Part shown: positions 52,487 to 64,000 of the stretch, one piece after another | Layout: every line of letters begins with the position of its first letter | Numbering within the stretch: the first letter of the stretch is position 1 | Assembly: GCF_000143415.4 (NCBI RefSeq) | Contig: NW_003314369.1 | Coordinates: 496,001 to 560,000 of the forward strand | Direction: 5' to 3' | From: Selaginella moellendorffii | Lineage: Eukaryota > Plantae > Lycopodiophyta | DNA length: 64,000 nt | Program-made: the position numbers and the translations under genes | Notes under the pieces: model-generated | Told to the model about the DNA's origin: nothing | Database searches by the model: none | Seen by the model: the letters and a program-made list of their open reading frames with translations, nothing else

Positions 52487-53248
52487 TTATTTTGTCTCAA
52501 AAGTCTCCTTGTGTTTCTCCTCCATGTTTAATGTAGTATTTAGGTTATGCTCCCACAATTCTTCACGCATGTGGATCGATAGCCACATAAAGCGATTCGT
52601 TACTGGAGCTTTATTCCTTTCTTCTGCAACATTGATTTTGGGATGGCACTTGCCATGTACCATATATCCACAAACAACACTACTGCCACCAACTATTGTT
52701 GCTTTGCTCAAATCCTTTATAGTGCCCACCGGTTACAACTCCACCATTTTGTGGAGCACGGAGCAAATCTATTCCCTGCCTCTGTTTTGAAGATCCCGAG
52801 CGTGGATTTGCAGGTTCTCCATGCCTTGGTGCTTGCAAGCAGACCTTACCAGTTCATGTTTTGTGGCTTCTCTTGCCTTTCAAACGTTTCCTTTGGTGTA
52901 GAAAGGAGTGGCTTTCATTCAAGGAGCCTGCGGTTTAATCCCCAAAGACTTAGAAAGAAATGTCCAGGACACTGCATTAACTTTGACTTATCAAGGTGCG
53001 AACTTTTTCTGAATAGCATGGAACCAAGGTGAAGTTCCAGAGATCCAACCAAGAAAGCTCTTGTCTTAGTAAGCAAAGTGTGGAAGCGATGGACCAAGGA
53101 TGAAGGCCTTTCTGAAGCAGAGAAGTGGTTTGCCAAAGTTCAAGCTTAACAATTTTAAGACTGATTCAGCCAACATTTCTACAAATAAATGCATCAATTT
53201 AGAATGCTCTACTTGATTGCTAGACTTTTGATGGGAGATCCTAGACAT
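52487..53248 (-). pseudogene. Unidentified coding-like remnant directly downstream of the FAM172-like gene
   Basis: Broken ORFs with an intron-like gt...tgtag segment. Duplicated with indels at 58480-59100. No recognisable motif. Confidence 0.3.
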
Positions 53249-54575
53249 TCATTTAATTTCAGAAAACTTCATCAAAATAAACCTACAAATCTCTTCAAAA
53301 GCCTTCATGGTTGTTTCAGCATGAGATGCAGTTCCTGCTGAAATCTCCACACAACCAATATCTGTCTTAGTTGGAGGTAATTTAGTGTTGGAGCGACTAA
53401 AACACCAATATCCCTTTCTTGATGTTATTTCCTTCTTCTCTGAACTTGATGTTCTTATGATCGTTCCCAAAGGCATGGAGCTTGAAACCCATTCTTTACA
53501 ATTTTGTACCACAAACATCCGAGAAGTACAAGAAAGATTCTGTAAAAATAAAATAATATATAAAAAAGAAAAAACATATGTTTTACCTTCACATATGAGC
53601 TTTGTCCAGCATCAGTGAAAGCAATGCATTTGAGACGTTGTAGCACCTCTAACTCTGTAAAGTTTATAATAAATATAAAATATATCAAGTAAATACTTAA
53701 AACCTCGATATTTTAGAAGCTCATAAGCATCATATCCACCACATGAATGTGCAATAATAGCAAGTTGTTTAGCTGGAAGTTTTTGACATATATTATCCCA
53801 TACAGATATAATATGTTCTCTCCGATTCTTAAAGTATGACTCCTATAATAAAAACATTAATAAGTAAAGGTAGAATAAGAAAACTTAAAATTGCATTACC
53901 GTTTTTAGAGAGGCATGATTTGGATTCAAAACTAATATTGCAATGTTCCTCTTGTGTGCCCACTCTAATAAAATATAAAGTTATATCTGACTAAAATACT
54001 AATTTTCTTAAAATTTACCAAGAAATGGCAAAACACTCCCAATCTTTAGTGAACCCTGTACCAAAATTTAAATTCAGTCTCAAATTGGAAACTTATAAAG
54101 AACTTACATTAATACATAGCTTCCGAGCCCATTGCCCTGCACTGATAAAAACAAAACCAGAAATTAAATCCCTGTACTAAAATTAATTGAGTTAGAAAAC
54201 TTACGCTACTTTTCCAGCTCCACAGCCAAGAATAACAAGCTCATTAGCTTTAACAGCATTCTTAGATAAGAAAACAAAGCACTGAAAAAGCACATGAGGT
54301 TTTAAAATCTCAAATTGAATCTAACCAATAAACCTTTTGTGAGGGTAGCTCCACTCTCTCCATACCATACTTCTAGAAATAAAACAGTTAGCACAATTTT
54401 TTTTTAACTTAACTAGTACCGTTTCCATAAGCTGATGCACAATAATCTCCAGAGCATTGCCTACACACTCATAATGAGATTGGCTTACAAACTGAAAACC
54501 AGCAGCAGTCGCTATATGTCGCAGTTCTAAGCTTTCTTCATCTAATCTATAGCCCAACTCTTCCAATCTCTCCAT
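53249..54575 (-). CDS. FAM172/ARB2-like alpha/beta-hydrolase-fold protein; 9 exons, frame intact
   Basis: Spliced product: MERLEELGYRLDEESLELRHIAT...HYECVG / CFVFLSKNA..LVILGCGAGKVA / AGQWARKLCIN / GSLKIGSVLPFL / ILVLNPN / EHIISVWD..IIAHSCGG / IAFTDA / CKEWVSSSMPLGT..ISAGTASHAETT. This is collinear with FAM172A motifs (GQWARRLIIN, VLNPN, AHSYGG, TDS, NWVSS, SAGT.RHE). Confidence 0.88.
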
Positions 54576-54981
54576 CAAAGCAAACCCTAACTAGGTTTTA
54601 AAATAACATATACATATATTCCTTTTATCAAGGAAGAGCTCAGAATCACAAGACACTTGCATTGCACAGAGAATTGGACATATGCCAGTTGTTACTTGTT
54701 CTTCTTTGCTTGCCGCCATGGCTTCTACCTCAAGCTCTCAAGCTTGTCAAGCAGGAATCTCTTGATAAGCCTATATGGTCTTGAGAATGAAATTTACTTC
54801 GCGAATGCTCTACTGGATGCGTTCTCGATTGCTTCCAATCCATGGTCGTAGTGGCTACTAAGAGCTTTTGCAAAGCATCGATGCTTTGGAGTGGGCGTGT
54901 TTGCAAGAGCCACAGTAGCTTAGCTTGGAATAAAAAGAGCGGGCTTATTTGAAATGCTCTTACTCTTAGGTCTAATCGAGA

Positions 54982-56196
54982 ATGCGGGCGATTCATTCGA
55001 TCGCGGTGGCTGGAGCTCCTGGAGATCGCGGCGGGCGCCGGCAATCTCCTGGCTATGGCGCTGCCACTGGCGCTGGATCATCGAGGTAGGAATTCTCGCT
55101 CCAGTTTCAGGGTTTTCAATCGCGTTTCTTTCGCAGATGGAGAACTCCCAAGAACAAGAGCGGCTCCAATGCTGGAATTCCGTCGATCTACGACGCGTTG
55201 CAGCAGGCGGGAGCGATTCCGGGCGTTGGTGTCGTGCTTGCGGCATTGACAGCGTGTAGAAACTCGCGAGACCTCCAAACAGGTAAGCGAGTCCATAGCT
55301 ACGTTGCCGAGCGAACGAATTACTGTTCTTCAAACAGCGTGGTGGCGAACTCTGTGCTGGATATGTACGCAAAGTGTGGAAGCATGGAGGACGCGTTGCA
55401 AGCTTTCTCTGAGATGAAGCATCGGGACGTCGTTTCGTGGACTTCCATGATCTCGGGATATGCAAGGTGTGGAGATGGCGCTCTGGCTCTTAAGTTCTTC
55501 GCGCGCATGCAAGAAGAAGGCTGTGAGCCGGATCGTGTCACGGTCATCGCAGCAGTGAAGGCATGCTCTAGCTGCGCAGAGAAGGAAGAAGCTCGCGAGA
55601 TACTAGGAAGAGCAGTGAAGATCAAATCGCTGGAACAGGGAAGAGCTCTTCATTCTCGAGTCGCCAGAGCAGGATTTGTCCGGGACCTTGCTGTGGCAAA
55701 CTCGCTGGTGGATATGTACTCCAAGTGTGGGAGCATGGAAGATGCACAAAAGGTGTTTGAGAGCATGAGGCAGCGGGACGTGATTTCATGGACTTCGATC
55801 ATTTCGGGTTATGCACAGGCTGGGGAAGCGGAGTTTGCTCTCAAGCTTTACTCGCGAATGCAAGACGAAGGCTGCGGTCCAGATCGCGTAACTCTCCTCG
55901 CTGCGCTCAAGGCTTGTGCTAGCTTGGCCGAAGGAGAGAAAGATGGTCCCTCGAGACAAAAGTGGCTGGAGCAGGGAAGGGCTATTCATTCCAAGGTCGT
56001 GGGAAGTGGAAACCAGTCGGCAAACTCTCTACTCGACTTCTACGCGAAGTGTGGGAGCATGGAAGACGCTTGCACTGTGTTTCAAGCTATGGGTCGTCAC
56101 AGCTCAATCTCGTGGAAGTGCATGATCCTGGGATATGTCTACAACGGGGAGTTCGAGCAAGCTCTCGAGTTTTACAAGCGCATGCAACTTTTCTAG
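54982..56196 (+). pseudogene. Truncated copy of the PLS-PPR gene at 60363
   Basis: Same 5' exon, intron and repeats as the 60363 gene, with a 12-bp deletion. It breaks at KRMQ (56188) and is fused to a different PPR remnant. Confidence 0.85.
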
Positions 56197-56690
56197 CCAG
56201 CACGCTCGTCAGCTTCTACGCCAGTGTGGAAACATCCGGGACGCCTGGAAAGTGTTCCAAAAGGTGCGCCGTCACGACGCGCTGTCCTGGACTCGGGCTC
56301 TGCAACTAATGCGACGACGCGTCAACTTTCGTGGCTGCTCTAGCAGCAGCGCGGGAGCCCTGGAGCAGATATCTCCAGGTGTGGACTCGAGGACGCGAAC
56401 GTCCTCGTTGATGGCTATGGGAAAACCGGGAACGCAAAGGCACAGCAGGCCTTCAAGTCACTGGCGAAACCAGACGAGGTTGCCTGGACGTCCGTGATAG
56501 CAGCACACAGCCGCGACGCAAAGCTCTTCGGCTTCTTTGCGTGCTCACGGCGTGCAGCCATACCGGGCTTGTCCGCCAAGCGCAGCGCTGCTCCAATGAG
56601 ATGGAAGAAAAGTATGGAGTTCGTCCTGCCGAGCACTTGCGTGCTTTCGATCGGCTGGTTCAAGGGAGGCGAGGGACGAGGCGGGGTACT
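56190..56690 (+). pseudogene. PPR remnant (paralog of 63030-63680)
   Basis: CGNIRDAWKVFQKVRRHDALSWT-like codons with frameshifts. Shares blocks such as gtgtggactcgaggacg and gtgctcacggcgtgcagccat with 63180-63560. Confidence 0.7.
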
Positions 56691-57658
56691 TGTTGATGGA
56701 GGCGATTTACTTGAGGGAGGAGCATGCTCAAATCATTTGAGAACGCGCTCTTTTTTTACAAGCACAATGTAGTACATACCAAAGAATATCCTCTTTCATT
56801 TCTACAAGGCGGCAAAATTTGATAAGATGCCGAGAAGATGCTGTTTTGACACGTGGCCGTGTCCTATTTGCTGCTGGCCGATGCTTTGAAGCTCGTAGAG
56901 CCTGCCGTCCCCTTGGTTGCTAGGTTTATTGCATTCTCTATACGCGCTCTTCGTCTCCAACAGCTAGGGCGTCGAAAATCCATCGTCTTTGTGCGCGCCC
57001 GGGCCTCGCGCTCTTATAATCCGGCTTCCGGCCGCCAGCAGGTACTGTGATGTGATCGCGCTCGATCAATCCTGTCTCCGATGTCGAAGCGTTTCTAATC
57101 TTCCGCTACTGGCGCCAATGCAAAGATTTCGAGCGTGCCATGGAGCCTGGCAGTGGAGGAGACGGAGAAATTCTAGAAATCTCGGCAAAGGTACGCTTGT
57201 ACGTTATAATCCCTTTGCCGGCAGCGCTGTAGTGGATCTGTTCCACAGAACGATGAGCCACGACTAGCCGCGCAACCTCTCGAGGAGTTTCCGGTACAAT
57301 GCAGATTTCTTTCATCTCGGAATCTGGCAATATTCTTTCACGCAGGGAAATGAGAGCCCAGCGCTCGAGCAACCGGTATGCTTTCAAAGATTTGACTCGA
57401 TCTTCTCTTTAGTCGTTAAACGTTTCTTCTACTAAATTTTAGGCCCCGCGAGCTCACGGCAAATTGGTACAAGCGTTGTTCTTGCCAAAGTATGAGTCCG
57501 AGCGCTGTGTGTTTTGCAGCAAGGATTGGCGAGTCTATGTTGCTGGGCCTTATCATCTTTGGTAACCTTGTGTGCTTCTGCGTGCTCTCGACAGTCCAAG
57601 GAAAAGGTTCGTTTACAACTTTAGCTTACTTCGCTGATAGAATTGTTTCTATTGCAGA

Positions 57659-58364
57659 ATCTGCAGAACGACCAATCTCACCAAGCTGACATTGAGGATG
57701 ACGACGCGGTTGAACTGGTATGCTGTCCGGATATTTGCCTGCTTAAGCTTTTCCTGCTCGGGAAATGCAGCCTCGCCGAGGACTCTCCTATATAGTGTCG
57801 TGTTCGTTCATCAAGAAACGGATCAGCAACATGGAGTGCAGTGATGTGCGCATCTCGCTCAAGCGGAATTCTTTCCTCACGGTGCAAAATCGCGAGACAT
57901 ACGCTCCCTACACCCGGTTTAAGGCAGCATATGAAGCGATGGAAAAGGACCATCCCGATCTTGGTAAGAGCTCAGTGTTTCTTATGGAATTCTTTTGAGC
58001 ACGACCAGGTAACATCAGTGCTGAATTCGAACCAGCTGACGCCCCAGAGGTGTTGAAGTTCCTGTGGCACGGCACCCAAACGAAGAACGTTGCCTCGATC
58101 ATGGAGAGGGGAATGCTCTCAAACCGGGCGAATGCTTACGGGAGGCGTGAGGCTTACTTCTGGTTCACACCCACGGTCAGATATGCGAGGCTCCACACCA
58201 GCAATGACACGAAGGAATACACGATTGTGCTATGTGCTACACTCTCCGCACAAAAGGTGGACGAAGATCGTTTCACGGTGGACAGCGAGCGCCCAGATCT
58301 CGTGCTTCCGCTAGCGGAGTGGCATCGTCGCCGTGCGGAGCTCCAGCCCGGCCAAATGCGATAG
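57659..58364 (+). CDS. PARP-like ADP-ribosyltransferase catalytic domain (5' exons, probably within 57.1-57.6 kb, unresolved)
   Basis: Exon 1: ...VRISLKRNSFL...YTRFKAAYEAM. Exon 2: KFLWHGTQTKNVASIMERGMLSNRANAYGRREAYF...YARLHT..YTIVLCATL...DRFTV...DLVLPL. This follows the PARP pattern LFHGT..I...G...YG.GIYF...(L/F)C...hLP. Confidence 0.7.
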
Positions 58365-59109
58365 CTAAATACCTATTTCTCAAACGAAACGAATATTCTC
58401 TAGCATTTACAATTAGCATTGACTTTTATTGGTCAAAGCCTCTTGCATGGAAGGGATAGCCAATTTTCTCCTGTTTTGCGATGGCGCTTATCATGTACCA
58501 TACATCCACAAACAACACTACTGCCACCAGCTATTGTTGCTTTGCTCAAATCCTTTATAATGCCCACTGGTTGCAACTCCGCCACCATTTTGCTCCACAA
58601 GATCACACTCTATTCTCTGCCTTTGTCTTGAAGATCCCAAGCGTGGATTTGCAGGCTCTCCATTCTTTGATGCTTGCGAGCAGGCCTTACCAGTCCATGT
58701 TTTAGGCTTTTCTTGCTTTCAGAACGTTTCCTTTGGTGAAGAAGAAGAGTGGCTTTCATTCAAGGAGGCTGCGGTTTAATTCCAAAAGCCTTAGAAAGAA
58801 ATGTTCAGGACACTGCATTAACTTTGACTTATCAAGGTGTGAGCGTTTTCTGAATGACATGGAACCAAGGTGAAGTTCCAGAATCCAACCAAGAAAGCTC
58901 TTGGTCTTAGTAAGCAAAGTGTGGAAGCTTACTTATAGATGGACCAAGGATGAAAGCCTTCCTGAAGCAGAAAAGTTGTTTGCCAAAGTTGTTACTGACA
59001 TTCCTCAAGTTTAACAATTTTAAGACTGATTCAGCCAACATTTCTACAAACAAATGCATCAATTTAGAATGCTTTACCTGATTGTTAAAATTTTAATGGG
59101 GTGTCTAAG

Positions 59110-60033
59110 GCAGCTTTGTCCAGCATCAGTGAGAGCAATGCATTTGAGACGTTGTAGCACCTCTGACTCTGTAAAGTCTAGAATAGATATAAAATATATC
59201 AAGTAAATAACTAAAACCTCGATATTTTAGGAGCTTGTAAGCATCCACATGAATGTGCAATAATAGCAATTTGTTTAGCTGGAACTTTTTGACATACATT
59301 ATCTAATACAGATATAATATGTTCTCTCAAATTCTTAAAGTATGACAATAAAAACATTAATAAGTAAAGGTAGAATTAAAAAAAATTAAAATAATACTAC
59401 CGTTTTTAGAGAGGCATGATTTGGATTCAAAACTAACATTGCAATGTTCCTCTTGTGTGCCACTCTAATAAAATATCAAGTTATATCTGATTAAAATACT
59501 AATTTTCTTTAAAATTTACCAAGAAATGGCAAAACACTCCCAATCTTTAGTGCACGCTGTACCACAAATTTAAATATAAGAAACTTACATTAATACATAG
59601 CTTTTGAGCCCTGCACTGATAATAACAAAACCAGAAATTAAATCCTTGTACTAAAACTAATTGAGTTAGAAAACGTACGCTACATTTCCAGCTCCACAGC
59701 CAAGAATAACAAGCTCGCTAGCTTTAACAGCATTCTTAGGTAAGAAAAAAAAGCACTGAAGGACAAAACATTTTAAAAATATAAATTGAATCTAACCACT
59801 AGAACCTTTTGTGAGGGTAACTCCATTCTCTCTATATCATGTAGAAATAAATCAGTCAGCATGTGAAATTCTTACCTAAGTAGTACCGTTTCCATAAGCT
59901 AATCTCCAGAGCATCGCTTACACACTCATAATGAGATTGGCTTACAAACTGAAAGCCAGCATCAGTCGCTGTATGTCGCAGTTCTAAGCTTTCTTCGTCT
60001 AATCTATAGCCCAACTCTTCCAATCTCTCCATC
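59110..60033 (-). pseudogene. FAM172/ARB2-like pseudogene
   Basis: Homologous to 53600-54575, with small deletions (in exon 1, the GQWAR exon and the AHSCGG region) and loss of the last exon. Confidence 0.85.
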
Positions 60034-60362
60034 AAAACATAACTTTAGGTTTAAAATTATATTCCTTTATCCAATCCATCCACGTTCTTAGGTTTTGCTT
60101 GCCGCCATGGCTTCTACCTCAAGCTTGTCAAACAGGTTACACGGTCTTGAGAATGAAATTTTCCTTGTGAATGCTCTACTGGATGCGTTCTCGATTGCTT
60201 CCAATCCATGGTCGTAGTGGCTACTAAGAGCTTTTGCAAAGCATCGAGTGGACGTGTTTTTGCAAGAGCCACAGTAGCTTCGCTATGCCTGCTAATAACA
60301 GGAGATTGGAATAAAAAGAGCGGGCTTATTTGAAATGCTCTTACTGTTAGGTCTAATCGACA

Positions 60363-62669
60363 ATGCGGGCAATTCATTCGATCGCGGCAGCTGGAGCTCC
60401 TGGAGATCGCGGCGGGCACCGGAAATCTCCTGGCTATGGCGCTGCCACTGGCGCCGGCGCTGGATCATCGAGGTAAGAATTCTCGCTCCAGTTTCAGGGT
60501 TTTCAATCGCGTTTCTTTCGCAGGTGGAGAACTCCCAAGAAGAAGAGCGGCTCCAATGCTGGAATTCCGTCGATCTACGACGCGTTGCAGCAGGCGGGAG
60601 CGATTCCGGGCGTTGGTGTCGTGCTTGCGGCATTGACAGCGTGTAGAAACTCGCGAGACCTCCAAACAGGTAAGCGAGTCCATAGCTACGTTGCCGAGCG
60701 AACGAATTACTGTTCTTCAAACAGCGTGGTGGCGAACTCTGTGCTGGATATGTACGCAAAGTGTGGAAGCATGGAGGACGCGTTGCAAGCTTTCTCTGAG
60801 ATGAAGCATCGGGACGTCGTTTCGTGGACTTCCATGATCTCGGGATATGCAAGGTGTGGAGATGGCGCTCTGGCTCTTAAGTTCTTCGCGCGCATGCAAG
60901 AAGAAGGCTGTGAGCCGGATCGTGTCACGGTCATCGCAGCAGTGAAGGCATGCTCTAGCTGCGCAGAGAAGGAAGAAGCTCGCGAGATACTAGGAAGAGC
61001 AGTGAAGATCAAATCGCTGGAACAGGGAAGAGCTCTTCATTCTCGAGTCGCCAGAGCAGGATTTGTCCGGGACCTTGCTGTGGCAAACTCGCTGGTGGAT
61101 ATGTACTCCAAGTGTGGGAGCATGGAAGATGCACAAAAGGTGTTTGAGAGCATGAGGCAGCGGGACGTGATTTCATGGACTTCGATCATTTCGGGTTATG
61201 CACAGGCTGGGGAAGCGGAGTTTGCTCTCAAGCTTTACTCGCGAATGCAAGACGAAGGCTGCGGTCCAGATCGCGTAACTCTCCTCGCTGCGCTCAAGGC
61301 TTGTGCTAGCTTGGCCGAAGGAGAGAAAGATGGTCCCTCGAGACAAAAGTGGCTGGAGCAGGGAAGGGTTATTCATTCCAAGGCCGTGGCAAGTGGAAAC
61401 CAGTCGGATCACTTCGTGGCAAACTCTCTACTCGACTTCTACGCGAAGTGTGGGAGCATGGAAGACGCTTGCACTGTGTTTCAAGCTATGGGTCGTCACA
61501 GCTCAATCTCGTGGAAGTGCATGATCCTGGGATATGTCCATAACGGGGAGTCCGAGCAAGCTCTCGAGTTTTACAAGCGCATGCAATCAACAGGGTGTGT
61601 GGCGGATCGTGTGACTTTACTGGCAACTTTGAAAGCTTGCTCTACCTTGACGGCGGCAGGGGCATCAGAAGAAGCACTGGGAACTGCTGAGAAAGAAAGG
61701 CTCGTAAAGTTCAGGCTCAAGTGTCTCGAAACAGGAGCACGCATCCATTCTCAAGCTGGAACGCTGGACCTTGCAGTGGCAAACTCTGTGATCGATCTCT
61801 ACGCGAAGTGCGGTCGCATCACACTTGCTCGCAATCTCTTCGAAAGCCTTCCACAGAAGAACACCGTCTCATGGAACTGTATCATCATCGGGTATGCGGA
61901 GTGTGGGGAAGGCGCCGTGTCTTTGGAACTCTACAGACAGATGCGTCACACCTCAGGCTGTGCTCCAGACGCCGGTACTTTCGTGGCCGTTTTGAAAGCT
62001 TGCTCCAGCTTGGTGGCACTGGAATTCGGGAGGCAAATCCAGATGGAAGCCCGCAGTTTTGGACTAGAGAGAGATCCCATCGTCGCAAACGCGCTCGTTA
62101 GTTTCTTCGCGAAGTGTGGGAGCATGGCCGAGGCCGAGGAGGTATTTAGTTCCATTTTGAAGAAAGATTTAGTGACATGGAGCTCATTGATCGCAGGCTA
62201 TAGCTGCCGAGGCGACGCAACTCGGGTGCTGGACCTTTTCGAGAGAATGGAGAAAGTTGGCGGTGTGAAGCCAGACGGTGTTACGCTCCTCTCCGTTCTC
62301 ACTGCCTGTAGCCACGCCGGCCTGGTCGACAGAGCGAAGGACGAATTCAGAGCAATGCTCCGCAAGCATGGGATTGCTCCCACGATTCAACACTACACTT
62401 GCATGGTGGAGCTTCTCGGCCGCGCGAATCAACTCGACGAGGCAGTGAAATTGGTGAAAGGGATGAGCTGCAAGCCGGATGTTGTGATATGGAAGGCAGT
62501 GCTGGGAGCTTGCTGGAAGTGGAAGAACGTGGCGCTCGGGAGGCTTGCTTTCGAGTCCATCATGGAGCTCGACAATCAAAATGCCCCGGCTTACGTGCTC
62601 ATGGCCAATCTTTATGCTGAGGCTGGGATGCTGGAAGAAGCCGCAAGGATGCGCCGAAGCTTAAGTTAA
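60363..62669 (+). CDS. PLS-E class pentatricopeptide repeat protein (putative organellar RNA-editing factor), one 5' intron, no DYW domain
   Basis: ATG 60363 (MRAIHSIAAAG) splices via gtaag...ttcgcag (~60473-60523) into the 694-aa frame. Repeated ANSLVDMYSKCGSMEDA / DVxSWTSxISGYA / PDRVT triplets. E-domain QHYTCMVELLGRA...PDVVIWKAVLGAC...AYVLMANLYA. Confidence 0.92.
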
Positions 62670-63029
62670 CTATCTGGTACGTGACACTTTGAGTCCCCCG
62701 TGTTAACTTTCTAAATGCCTTGTAGAAGCGATTGACAATACAAGATCCAAAGAAGGTTATTAGGGGAGGATTTTATCACTTTCGGTACCTACGGAGAAGA
62801 AACAGGTGTGAAGAGATTTTCTCATGAAGGAATTGCGTGGCTAACTGCGATCAAACGAACAGGTCTCAAAGGATTTTCCCCCGACTTGGACGCAGAAGTT
62901 CTCGACCGGAACCAGCCCAGGGCCAGAGAATAAGTGAACTTCGCCACCTAAGAGTGCCAATGACGATGGAGAAATCTGGATCGAAGAGTACGTACCATAC
63001 GATTTATAGTTCTTCCAGTACGAACTCAG

Positions 63030-63680
63030 TGCTTTACTTGCAGAGAAACGAAACAAGCCAGGCTTTACAGTTGCAAGTGGCAAGCACACTCTTTCTTCAA
63101 ACGAACTATTGCACTGTTTCTTGTCAAGGTTCCACGAGTTTGACTTTCTCCTGTTCCATCGAATGCGAGCCCAGCCCAAGGCTAGCAGCAGCGTGGGAGC
63201 TTTGGAGCCTCTGAAGGGAATTGACGCAGATATCTTCAGGTGTGGACTCGAGGACGTACAAGCTCCAAGGTTACTTCATGTACGCTGTGCACAGGCTGAG
63301 GCCGAACTATTTGCTGCTTCCTGCGAACGCTCCCAAGTATGGAGTCCAATTCATGAGGATGATACAAGGCTACAAGTTTCAGGCAAGAGTATTAGTGAGG
63401 GTGAACAAGATTCTGTAAGGTGACTCCAGACGCAGTTGCCTAGACGGCCATGATCCGCGATGGGGACACACGAATGGTTTTAAGCTCTTCAATGAGATGC
63501 AAGACGAATGGCACTTCTTTGTGTGCTCACGGCGTGCAGCCATCCCAGGCTTGTCCGTGCTAAGCAAAAGTATGGAGTTTGTCTATTGACTGAAGCGCCG
63601 AGCTGGAGGAAGCGCGAAAATGGTTCAAAGCCAGCTGCTTGACAAGAAGTGGAAGAATGCGGGCTTACTTTCGATTGGCT
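63030..63680 (+). pseudogene. Degenerate PPR remnant
   Basis: Homologous to 56190-56690; fragmented PPR-like codons. Confidence 0.5.
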
Positions 63681-63726
63681 TGGCGAGGAAAAATAAAAGT
63701 TAAGACAACGATCAAAAAATTTAGAT

Positions 63727-63815
63727 TGGGGATGCCAGGAATCGAACCCGGAGTCTTTTTGTTTGGTCAAATAGAGGATTAACCCGAATAAAAGACCTTG
63801 CTTAGTGACATCTAC
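63727..63815 (-). pseudogene. tRNA-Ala-like remnant (T-arm and 3' acceptor strand only)
   Basis: Minus strand CCGGGTTCGATTCCTGGCATCCCCA resembles a tRNA-Ala 3' end. The 5' half does not form a cloverleaf. Confidence 0.4.
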
Positions 63816-64000
63816 GTCAAAAAAGATACTGGAAGTTTCAGGGACGTTAATCCTTTATAGAAGTGTCTCGTCGTACGTGTTGATCTCGACTTGTTTAAAT
63901 CATAATGTTTACACGACAATGTGAAAAACATCCATTGCTCCTTTTTTTTTTTTATAATATAGGAATTTTAAAACTTTGCGTCATAACGACTAAAGAAAAT

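Larger units (their letters stand above)
52642..56690. repeat. Segmental tandem duplication, copy 1 (FAM172-like + PPR + PPR remnant)
   Basis: Aligns with 58480-63680. The PPR segment 55150-56188 is nearly identical to 60537-61587. Confidence 0.9.
58480..63680. repeat. Segmental tandem duplication, copy 2
   Basis: Aligns with 52642-56690 and retains about 1.5 kb that copy 1 lacks. Confidence 0.9.

Noticed and set aside
63727-63815. Functional tRNA gene
   Set aside because: The 5' acceptor strand, D-arm and anticodon arm do not fold; kept only as a low-confidence remnant.

Overview
Eukaryotic nuclear DNA with very short (~45-60 nt) GT-AG introns, a flagellar dynein and many PLS-type PPR genes. 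This combination points to a seed-free land plant, most likely the lycophyte Selaginella (inference). 1-27 kb is gene-dense: inner-arm dynein heavy chain (DHC10/DNAH2 type, runs off the left edge), PAS-domain Raf-like kinase, LBP/BPI protein, APRR2-like receiver-GARP factor and CDF-like Dof factor. 27-40 kb is an AT-rich block of nested, decayed Ty3/Gypsy elements with an LTR-internal tandem array, a 100-N gap and a TIR-bounded MITE-like repeat. 40-64 kb is a dynamic accessory region: a candidate PRD3/PAIR1 meiotic gene, an Aha1-N gene, a Crinkler-type NTPase/nuclease pseudogene, and a four-copy cluster of a small secreted Cys/Trp/Arg-rich repeat peptide (one copy intact). It also holds an intact FAM172/Arb2-like alpha/beta-hydrolase, a PARP-like ADP-ribosyltransferase domain, and a tandem duplication of a head-to-head FAM172-PPR pair with reciprocal gene loss. 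Exon boundaries were read by eye and all homology calls come from remembered family motifs, not database searches.
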